Shown here: positions 1-15,530 of the stretch, piece by piece
Layout of the letters: the number at the start of each line of letters is the position of its first letter
How positions within the stretch are numbered: the first letter of the stretch is position 1
DNA from: Trichoplax adhaerens
Lineage: Eukaryota > Animalia > Placozoa
Assembly (NCBI RefSeq): GCF_000150275.1
Contig: NW_002060947.1
Location: 2,655,740 to 2,719,739, forward strand
DNA: 64,000 bases
Reading direction: 5' to 3'
Made by a program: the position numbers and the translations under genes
Notes under the pieces: model-generated
Databases searched by the model: none
What the model was told of the DNA's origin: nothing
Seen by the model: the letters and a program-made list of their open reading frames with translations, nothing else

Positions 1-1914
1 GAAGATATGTTATGGCCTAATAAACAAAGCAGAAACAATTACGTTATATGTTAATATATAGTGGCACCGTATAAAGAAAACCAGAAAATGAAAAATACTA
101 CTAGGATAAATGTAAAATTTACATCATTGATTGTAGTAGAGAGTTCTTAATTAGACTCTTAACTTTAATTATATATAATTATAATATAGTACTAGCTTAT
201 GCACGCCGTGCAAATGAGATTTTGATTATATTTATACGAGTGTGACTTTAGATTTACAGTTAATGAAATATTTCACTGATTTATATTACTGCACTAAGCC
301 AGAGTATCATAACTGTTGGATCTCATTTCGCTTAATTATATTTTGTACTCACAGTCAGAAATTTACATTAACATTTAACATATGTTATGGGACATTGGGA
401 CTGGTCATTATCATAAATGAATCATGCGATATTTCAGTCCATTAGCCAATATGCAGACTGACAAGTATACGTATAGTACTATATCATGGACTTCTAAGAG
501 AATTTCACTTAGAAGTTCCAGACAGTATTATATGTTTCGAAAAAATGTACTCAGTACACTACAGTACAAAACCTAATCTTAGTGTACAGTCAAGAAATTA
601 GTAATTCTTGATAATATCGCTATTTAGGCCGAAGTCCGTCAGTCTATTAACAATAAGTGACAGAAATTTGTTTAATTTACGTACTAGGATCTGAATTCTT
701 ATCAATCGCTTTCATGATCATAGCTTCTTCAATAGGTAATCCTGTGGCCGGGTAGTAATTATTTAGATTGCAGTTTTTATCAACCCTCACTCCTTCATTT
801 TCATCATCTTGCGATCTTAAAATAGCGTGAACAACGCTGAAAGTAGAAATTTGGCACTCCTATAGAAATGACATTTAATTATGCCATCAATATGTATACT
901 TTAATTAATATACAAGTTACAAGAAAAAGGGAAATATGGATCTACATGACTTTATAATTGACTATAAGAATTTGTACAGAATACTACAAAAATCCCATAT
1001 CCATGTACAGTATGTACAGTCAATAATTATAATCGAATTTTCAAGTGGTTACTTCCATACTTGTTTTACAATGAACACCAGAAGAACTATAATGTATCAA
1101 TTAGGTAACGGGGTGCACGTATACTGAGATGTCCACTACAGAAATAAAACTCTCAATTAGCCTCTACTATACAAATTTTGTTCAGTTATGTATTACTATA
1201 GAAATTCTTGGATCAGATCTGATTCAAATTTTTACACTATGCAATTCATTCTATTCTTTAGCTCAAAAAGAAACCTTAATTATTGATAAACTTATAGACA
1301 AAATTTACGACAGAAAGCGTACCAGAGTCATAATCAAGATTCTATACTCATTTAACTAATAATACAACCTCGTAATTACCGTAAACCTTTTTAACTTAAC
1401 AAGACAATAATTTTCAGATACTAAAGCACTCCAAATATCAGCATAATATTCCTGATTACAGCTGTTACTGACTTGCTCTAATACTGCAGTATCATTATTG
1501 TAACTCGTAATCCGTAAGTACAGCATATTCTCAGAAATTAGTACTGTACTTAGGGCTTTCAACGCGAAACTAGCGACCGAAATACAGTACTGTACAGTAC
1601 ATCTATACAGTACGTTAATACGAGTACTGTAGAAACGGTAAATGTAGCACTAGAATATGTAGTACTGTATACGCGTGAATCTACTAGGTATTAGCGTATT
1701 GCATTGCTACTTGTAGTACCCTGATACTTTGGTTGTTATTCAAAGCTTGACCGGCAAAGATAACCCCAATTCTCTGCGAGTCTATTTGTAGGTCAATATC
1801 TGACAGTTTTTGACTTAGAGCATGCTTCAAGCGCAAGACCGTCCAACTACCATCTGCTTCTAATGTTGTAGTGGTTCCGTCGTTACAGCGTACTTTAATT
1901 ATTCGCTTATCCAT
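1..1914 (-). CDS. PRKN: Parkin E3 ubiquitin ligase, 5' part (Ubl domain and linker); continues off the left edge. Exons about 1720-1914, 685-859, and one starting at 16
   Basis: The spliced Ubl reads MDKRIIKVRCND...IGVIFAGQALNNNQSIR|ECQISTFSVVHA and resembles parkin LRVIFAGKELRNDWTVQ|NCDLDQQSIVHI, with the intron at the equivalent position. GT-AG phases are consistent. The RING domains are outside the window. Confidence 0.8.
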
Positions 1915-2165
1915 ACATAACAGTTTCTAGTCTGTACCATACGTCTAATACCATAACCAATGCTTTCTCAAAGTTCTTTTAGAAGCTAAAGATACTTTCA
2001 TATAAAGGACTTCGAGCAGGCCGCTCAAATTGTTAGGTGTGAACTATAATGTGGAAAGATCGTTTCCTAGCCGTTGTAAATGCTTCCAATATTTGTGGTT
2101 CACAATTTTTCTAGCTCGATCACTTTTGTGTTAACTATCAATACTGCATATACTGTGCAGTAATA

Positions 2166-2198
2166 TGCTCAGTCAGGAAAATTGTACATGTGACGTCA
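2166..2198. promoter_or_regulatory. CRE/ATF palindrome TGACGTCA (2191-2198) and ARE-like TGACTGAGCA on the minus strand (2166-2175) upstream of parkin
   Basis: Exact motif matches about 250-280 bp upstream of the parkin ATG. Function is not shown. Confidence 0.35.
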
Positions 2199-2319
2199 TG
2201 TGCAGTATAGTATACGAATTATGAAGTATAACAAACGAGGAGTCTACTAGTAAAAATAAAATTGAAGTTAAACTGTAGTAAATTTAATTTTAAATTAAAT
2301 AAAACAAAATATAAACATT

Positions 2320-2780
2320 ATACTGTACAGTACAATTTATACCATAGCATCCAAACACTAATTCGCCTAACTCGCCACGCCCGAGAATCTGTACTGTATT
2401 GTAATTTATACAGTGTACTGTACTGTACTTTACTGTACAGTACAGTACACTGTGCTGTCACTAGACCTGACGCCTGTCACAGCCTACAGTACAGTACAGT
2501 ATATTATACTGTAAGATACAGTACTACTGTACATACAGTACTGTACTGTACTGTAGTGTACCGTGTTGCTCCTACAGTACAGTACAGTACTGTACACCGT
2601 ACACTGTACAGTACAGTACACTACAGTATTAGGTACAGTGTCTACTGTACTACACTGTACAGTACAGTACTGTACAGTTTATTGTTATTGTACTGTACTG
2701 TACAGTACAGTACAGTACAGTACAGTGTACAATATGATTACATTAGTACAGTACTGTACACACTACCTGTCCAGTATACA
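2320..2780. repeat. Dense degenerate TACAG/CTGTA pentamer array in the parkin / membrane-protein divergent promoter
   Basis: Runs such as tacagtacagtacagtacagtacagtgtac and tgtactgtactgtacag. Confidence 0.9.
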
Positions 2781-2850
2781 TAAAAGAGGCAAAATTTCGT
2801 CCTTAACGATCAGTTTATTACTTTATTTATTTTTGATTGTTGACAGCGTA

Positions 2851-5448
2851 ATGATATCAAAAAGCATTTCGACGTTGATGTTTGTATGGTATGTAATAAT
2901 TTTGCTTGAAGCTGATGGCGCTCAATCACGTAAAATTTTACGAAGTACTCCTACAAGCCAAGGCGAAATACCTACTTCATCATTATTAATAAATCAAGGC
3001 CCAACGCCAAATACTCATAGAACTTCCATTGCTACTTCGAATAGTGAAATCTCCAAAAATAAACTAACAATACATCCAAATGAGAACACCAAAACAACGA
3101 CGTTCAAAGGTACATCGACTATAAATTTGACTAGTGATGATCATTTAGGTGAGATGCTTTATCCGTATTTACGCCTTAATAACGATTTCGGCTTGTACTA
3201 TTAACGCTGACTACTGACTTCTGTATGTAGGGTACACTGTAGCAATGTTGTAGTAATGCTGTTTAAATGTGCTCCGTTGAAGGACTAGTTTGAGTTGCAT
3301 CATTCTCCATTCGCAGTACTGAATTGTAGAGTTTGTTGCCAACGAATCACGACGGTTTACTATATTCGTTTTCTGTTAGGATTGCTGCAAGCGATATTTT
3401 CATATAATCTGAAGTTATAATCAATAGATAACAACTTTACAAACTGAATGAAGTTCTTTAAAAAATTCTGGTAAAGAATATTTGATTAATACGTTCTACC
3501 TACAGTAGCGCAATTATTCGTGTTAACGTAAAGATGCTAGCAAGATTTTCGAGGATTGGTAGTCCTTGCTAGGGACTGTACACTGTACAGTGTACAGTGC
3601 ATGTAATATAACACATACATTTTAGTGATGCATAATAATATACAATATATTCATTTATAAATGCCGACACGTTTACTAACGCTTGAGCGGTATGTACAGT
3701 ACTGTACGTACGTATACTGTATACTGTACAGTGTACAGTACAATACAGATGATACAAAAGATTAAAATTAAAACTACAGTACTGTACAGTACAGTACAGT
3801 ACACTAACTGTATCGTAGTACGTATAACGTACTGCACACTGTACAGTATAGTGAATGTAGTATAAGTACAGTGTTACTGTACAGTGTACAGTATACTGTG
3901 CCATAGACTTCTAGATACCTCCAAGAAATCCAGAGGTATCTAGAAGTCCATGTTTACACTGTTCTATCCATCATAGACTACTAAAACACCGGTATTTTTA
4001 GTACATACATCCACATACCAAACCTGCAGTAAAACTTAAATCAGACTACTACGTAGCTCGACCATATTTATCGAATTAACGATTTCTGTATAGTGCAATG
4101 TCTGGAATGAGATCTCGCAGACCTTTGGTGTACATTTACATAATCATTATCATTATATATCATATGTAATAATGCGATTTTACGTGTATCACGCTGTTAG
4201 GAGCTTTTAGTGCTGCTAATGCGATTAGTCAGAGTGCGTATTTGCAATGTTTAACTAGAGCTGCGCCAATATCAGCAGTAGTGTTTGGTGTTTTTTCTAC
4301 TGTACAGTAGATCAAGGATCTTCATTTGTACTTTTATGGATCCCAATCCCGAGAAATTTCAAGCTAAAATTTTTACGTAATATAGTATAGATTAATTTTT
4401 TTAATATTGTAATTTAATACTGTGTCATATTCAATGTCTGTAGACAAGCTGTTATCGTGAGTACTGTAAAGTGCCAGTCTCTCTTCTCTTCTACTACAGT
4501 GTACTTTTCGTTATACGTACAGTCATAAAGGTAAGAAAACCTCAAAAAAATTATCTTTATGACGTATAGTATTTAGGATTAGTGACTTGCCAAGTTATAA
4601 TCGTGGCTACCATTTTCATGGAGCTGCATTACTTGCATACCGAGTAGCAAGATGTCTGGAACTTAGGATAATTTTGCATACAGTATAATATTCGAGTATT
4701 ATTACACAAGATCAGGAATTGATCGTTAATCTACTGTATTATAGATTAACGTATTGTACACTAATGTAGTTTGCATCACCAATCGTACCGAATACAGCGA
4801 CATATTCTTAACGATAGCAAATTTTTCCGTATTACTATTAAATATTCATTATTATCCTATCGTATACCTATTGTATTTCTAACTAAAAGTATAAATACTG
4901 AAATTGCAGATATTGAAACAACGAAGAATCCCATTGGAGGTACCATTGTTGGCATAATCGTCTTCATCACGTTAAGTCTAGTAGTAATGGTATATTTTCA
5001 GAATTTCTGTAAGAAGAAAGCATCAACTCCTGCAAGGAAATATACTGATGATATCTTTGCGTGAGTAACTGTAAACTATATAGAGATAATTAATTATTAA
5101 TATATGGATGCACTAGCAATAGTAGCATTTCTCACTCTTTCTAATACACGGAAGTAATACGTTTCGGCATTCGTCCTAAATTGGAATGGGTACACACTCG
5201 TAGATAATATAATTTCCATAAATTAAATTTTATACAGATTATTACAAATTACAAATTTTCGTAAATATCCTACATATAATATATTACATTATCCATTATA
5301 AAAAAAATTACGAAATGTTACTTCATGTATGATTAAGGTATATATTAATTTGTTACGTTGTAGGCATAATGATTCCTATTATATGTCATATTCAACATCA
5401 AATACCGATATCCGAGCTCCCTTGTTAATGACCTCCGAAGAATCTTAG
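2851..5448 (+). CDS. Orphan mucin-like single-pass type I membrane protein, about 177 aa. Exons 2851-3148, 4910-5060, 5364-5448
   Basis: Signal-peptide-like start (MISKSISTLMFVWYVIILLEADGA), S/T-rich ectodomain, TM segment (IGGTIVGIIVFITLSLVVMVYF), then CKKK and a tail ending ...DIRAPLLMTSEES*. Phase-1 and phase-2 GT-AG junctions join in frame. Confidence 0.7.
3575..3900. repeat. TACAG/CTGTA array in intron 1 of the membrane-protein gene
   Basis: actgtacagtacagtacagtac and related runs. Confidence 0.85.
3902..3952. repeat. 51-bp inverted repeat with CATAGACT...AGTCCATG ends (tiny MITE-like element)
   Basis: Perfect 16-bp arms gacttctagatacctc / gaggtatctagaagtc around an 11-nt loop. Confidence 0.75.
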
Positions 5449-8400
5449 ATCACGTCTACTTGTATTGCACATCAAAGATAATACAAGCCTAACAAACATT
5501 TTTAATTATTGTATCAACAAAGTGCTGTTTATTACAAAAGATAAAGAAACTCATTTCGATCAGTCTTACTTTTATTGTACTGTGATAAAAAAAATTGCTG
5601 AAATACTTAGTCGTAAGATACCGAAATAAAAAATACCAAAGTTTCATACTTGATTGTTGACTTGATTTACATAAAGTCATCCATGTAATATAAAATTTAC
5701 TAGATAATGGAAACGCAATGTCAATAGAATCTGTTACGGCTTTTAAGTTAGGGCACTATCCTTTAATACATTTACGCAGCGTGGCGATTTTATCGTAATA
5801 AAACCTGGTAGCTACTGTCTATCTGCTACTGTCGAACTTGAATTATCCACATCTAACTATGCCTTTGTATTATGGACTAAATTTGAGCGGTAATTTTAAA
5901 TATACCAGTGTATATAAATTCATATATACGAGTATATCTCGGTGTAAAGTTACCAGTAATATTCTAACCTCTATGTTTCATGCTTGACTGTCATATTTCT
6001 TCAGCATTGTAAAGTTAATGCAGTATTGCAACTATACCGCTGGTATTTTATAATCTTTGCAAATTAGTTCTTATTTTATATGATCTGTATTATACGCGTC
6101 AGTGTAATGAATTTTAAATCCTTTGTAAATAAATAAGATTACACTCGTAATTCCTGAGAACAAGTAACCTTTTCTTTTGTTAAATATTACTTCTAATAGT
6201 ACTGTAATAGTTAGCATGAATAATCTCAGTCAAATACCTTCGCTGTACTGTAGCCTAAAAACTGATAGGTTTTACAGATAATAAAACTTTTAAAATTATA
6301 CCCTCGATACTCTTTGACACTATTATTAAAATTAAGGCATTTACAGTACAAAATTGTATTTTACAAAATCTTATCACTATTATAGCAAAGAGCCATATTA
6401 GCAACATGCAAGATTGCAAAACATATATCTTTCAGAGATGAAATCTATAACTCTTATGGATAATGCTTCATTCTATGTCAGACAGGGAGATAACTTCTAC
6501 CACATTCATTGGTCACTTTGTACTAATAATTAACTATATTTTGATTAATTTTTCGACTAACTTTCCGTCGCCTAATATACAGCATAGTGTCTTATATTTT
6601 ACGGGAACTTTAAATTAAAGCGACTTTAGAACTTCATCCACCTTACAGAGATAGCTAGATTCCCTAGCATACGAGGGCATGATCGCTTTGCAATGTAGAT
6701 AAAACGGACAAACGAAATTACTATGATGTAGCAACTAAAAAATATAAATAAATTACTACAAATTTATCTATAACTTAGATTCTTTATGAATATACATTAT
6801 TCGGAGATTTGACGTATAAAATGATTACTTTATTCATGAGAATTTTTGAACGTTCGAATATTATTAGCTTAATTATTATCATAAACACTAAATATCAAGG
6901 CGTATACTTAGTGAATGTATACGTAGGAGAATATTAAGTCTATGACTATGGTGTTACATCTGTATTAGAGTTCTCTGTAGCTATATATAACAATAATATT
7001 TAGAGAATAATTAATGCCGTAACACTAGATATCTAACAATCCACTATATGGAAATACAGGAACGATAATTCAGAACAAAATTCTGTAACGTCAGTTAATC
7101 CTTATCTTATTTAGGTTTTGTTTATTTAGTATGCTTCATCTTCTACTATGCTACCGAAATTGTCGTTTGATCTTATACCATTATTACATTATCTTCAGAA
7201 TTCTTAACTACTGCTATCCAGTATGACACTGTTACAAATCTAAATTTGTAGCGTGAGAAAACTCAATTATTACAGAAAACTACATCTACGAGCGTACTGT
7301 CAATCTTGTCCTCCGGACATCTACCTACAGTACAGTACATCTCCAAATACTAACAATCCCCTATTGTCAGGAGGAACAGTAACACTACTAATCTCTCTTA
7401 GACAAAACTAAATCCAAACCTTATTAGAAAATCAGTCAATTTATAGTCAATTAACGTAAACATTAATTATTAGGACTTAGATAATACTATAAAACTGTGT
7501 ATTTATCTATAAAAGAATGTGTAACATCATGATAACGATATTTTCAACAAATGCTAAAGTATGGTATCTAACGAAAATAAGATAAAGTAATAGTTAGTGA
7601 AAGTCACTTCGTGACAGACACCACAGGCTGATCCTGTTTCTAAACAATAAGTAATGCCCAAATTCTGCTACGAAATATAAAATCTAGTATAAGTCTTCAA
7701 ATATAAACTTTATTATACAGTAGATATAAAAAAATCATCGATCATATCGGACTAAAAGCGTTTCCTAACTCTTGAGCAATTTATTTATTTTGTCAATGTC
7801 AGGTTAATTAAATAGCGCTTTAGCACCTTTGATTTTGCTGTTGTACCTGTAAATTTACTCTATTGTTTATGTGGTTGTTTCCTTTCTTTCAAATGGCAAA
7901 GTCTCTGTATCCTTTGCAGGAGAAAACTATCATCAGTGGCAGAAGTAATATACTTTTGAATTATAGTTTAATGAAAGAAAGTTTTTGATTACTTTGTGCT
8001 TTTAAATTTGTAAATGTCGCCTAAGTATCATCATTATATAGGTCACAGATATGTTTTCGCTCTTACAGATCCTAAGTTTTACACGATTTGTAAATCTTAC
8101 AGTAGCACTTATATTTCCTATAATCTATTCGAATTAATAGTTTCTAACAGTATTTCTGATTCTACGTATGCCCATTAGCTAATTTTTTCGTAATAATCTA
8201 ATACAGAAGTTAGAATCGCTTGACCTTTGGTATATCCTTATAAGGATTCGCCTGCAAATATTTTAAATTGCAAATAATCAATTAATTAATAAACACTAAG
8301 TTAATATTTTTTGCTTGTTAAGAAATTTAGGACTTTTCTATCTCTTCGATTGGGTTACAAAAAAGATTGCTTTAAGTGCCAGGGACTACCAGAATATTTA

Positions 8401-11315
8401 ATGTTCTACGAGTTCATAGCGATACAAATAAAATGTTTTCAAAATGGCCCATACCTGTATGAGTTCATGATTTTAAATTTTGTTTGGAGATACAATATTT
8501 GTGTTAAGCTCTAATCGTTCCGATACACATATTACATTAAAAACATAATTCTGAATTGTAACGATATCGAGATAAAATACTCTTTTATGAACAGCCTCAC
8601 GTATCTCACTTTGCTACGTCGATAGTGCCGTAATGGAATATAGCTTCTATTCGGATTTATGATTACTATTCATAGAAAGGTATTTATAATGTACAATTCT
8701 TTTGTCACGAAAATCTATGGATTTCAATTTTATCGGATTACTACAGCTTCATAGGTTACAATCATTTTACGTTATAAGAAACTGTAAGTCAATTTTTCAA
8801 ATTAAGGCCAAATAACGATTCGGTAAATAAATTTCGACCTCATGACACGACATGATACTCAACCAGAAACTTAAGTTTTCCTATTGTATTACATACAACA
8901 AATTAAATCATACTATACCTAGCGCTCAATATACACACAATATCGGATGCCAAACTTTATTTAACACGACCACTGTAGAATCTGCAATAATATACCTTTA
9001 GATCTACCATCGCCTTTAGAGAAAGAAGAAGCTACTGTCAATGCATAAAGAATATGAAATTTTGCTGCACTTTGCATTCGGCATTGATAATTTTGTTTCA
9101 TGGATAACGATGCATCAATCACATGTATATAATGGCTCGTATATTAGCATAATTATGTGTTAAGCTTATTAACAGGAGCACTTAAATTTGAGATGATATT
9201 ACTTGCATATTCCTGTCACAAACCAGCTTCGTGACAAGGATAACGTAAAACAAATCTCTAAATTACTATAGTCTCCGGGATTCAGTATCCCTTAACTACC
9301 TCACAAGAATTTAGGCGCCTTTTTTTCTACGTTAAACTCAACTAGACAATTGAGAACTGCTTCATTCAACTATTTGACGGGCTTATATACCCTTCTACAG
9401 CAGCTAACATTCACGAGTTATCTTATAAAAATACTTAGGTGAGAACATCTGCTAACTAATTTTTCACAGTCGGACTACAATATGGCCATTCACAGAATCA
9501 TTTCAGTGCACATTACAGCACAGCATTAAATTTACTGTAACACATTTATAATTAGAGTAATTCCTATTGTAAGTAACTAGTTGTAATATAATATCACTAT
9601 GTTATATTAACCAAATTTAGATAGCCATTTCTTCACGGTAGTTCGTACCGTGACAATTCCCTACAGAGCTTTCGATATGCCACTATGAAATGAATCCATA
9701 GTTTTATTGGTGCCTCTCATAAAGTAAATGTTACGACGATAATAGATTCTCTGGAAATCGTACGCAAAGCATTCATAACCAATTATGATTTTTAATTTGC
9801 CTCGGATAGTTATGTGATATCGTCATATTTGGAAAAGTTCATACATGATCAACCAATTCAAAGCTAATAACCCAATTTTAGTTGCATCAGTATTTACCAG
9901 TAATTATAGATTTACTAGCAACATTACGAGTATGTTTGGGTTTAGGCAGTGAATTGTTTTTGATAACAAGTAAATTGATCGTATATATCGTACATTTTGA
10001 TCTTGCCAAACTCTTCAAAAGTGCTATATATGTATTGAAATAATAGCTTTTATTTGGTAAAAGCCTCTCGCAGACTTACGCTTCAATTGACCCGAGATTG
10101 CAAATTATATGACTCGAGTAATCATGTATACGGTCTATATCTACCGAGAATAAATATATTATATTTATAAATTGCTATAGCAAATATAATCTATTAGAAT
10201 ACCCCTACGGTGGAGATTTTAACAAGGGTTGGAGACAGGCTACATTCTACATTTTGGATATCATAGCTGGTCTTATCGTTTCCTCAGTTTCCAAAATTTA
10301 TTTCAGTTTTTGTGTACTTGATAACTAGCACCTATAATATATTAACATATCTGTATTGCGGACATCAATACAATTAAAGGATGTAATTTATAACCTATTT
10401 TAGTTCCCTAAGTATTTAAGACTAGGCCATTGATTTTACAAATAGTCGCCACGAAATGGCATTGTAATATGTTGTGGTAATGCATAACCTAAAATTTACA
10501 TACATTCAGTTAATCTCGATGCTTTATAAACTAAATAGACTATAATGCGATTGAAATTGAAATGTATAATATTGTTTAGTATGCATGTATTCATAGCTTT
10601 GATAGTATTCTCGCTTTTTGCATGTATGCAGTGCTTGATGATCTTACGATAGGAAACAAATTAGTTACCTGGCCTTTAGTCACACATCGTTAGTTACTCG
10701 AGTATCTACAGTATTAGTCATACTGTATGAGCTTAAATTCAAACTTATATTGGCGCAAGATTAATGAGCATATAAATAATAAATTTAAATTTTAACTAGC
10801 TCATAACAATATCAAGATGTACTTTACATGAAAGCGAGAAATTGTAACTTTATTTCCAACTAGGCACGCATACATATTGAGCATTAACGGTAGTTTCGTA
10901 CCGAAATTATGCCTCAAACTGCAATATCAGTATCTATGATAACGTCAATATAATTTTTAACTGTACCTCCGAAATAAATTTAATAGCAAAGGATGACATA
11001 AAACTATGTCAATCTTATCAAATGAAAAAAGTTTTACGAAATCCTAAGTAATTTAATTAGTGTAAATTAGCTAAGATTGCTACAACTGCACCCACGAAAA
11101 TCCAAATCTTTTATTTGATATAGGTATTAGCCAAGGTAATGTGATTGTGGTAAATGATTTAACATATTTAACCCTACGATATTCTAGATAGGATCGTAAA
11201 ATTAACGGTACATACTATTTAGATAAATTTTATCAGAAAAAATACGTACTTCGAAAAATTCACTAATAATTATAATTAACAAAACCAACATACGCAAATT
11301 GATTTAGAACTGAAT

Positions 11316-15530
<4,215 letters not shown>

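Noticed and set aside
2320-2780. CRISPR-like or telomeric interpretation of the arrays
   Set aside because: No fixed repeat with unique spacers and no cas genes; the DNA is eukaryotic; the unit is not TTAGGG-like and switches strand.
2262-2783. ORFs rich in YSTV/LYCTVQ (also 3569-3904, 19572-19841, 35871-36095, 37285-37573, 46471-46809, 58422-58685)
   Set aside because: They are translations of the TACAG/CTGTA arrays, occur on both strands and have no gene structure.
4444-4530. Extra exon for the membrane-protein gene ending at the donor aag|gtaaga (4530)
   Set aside because: Every acceptor I tried gives an in-frame stop or a frameshift.
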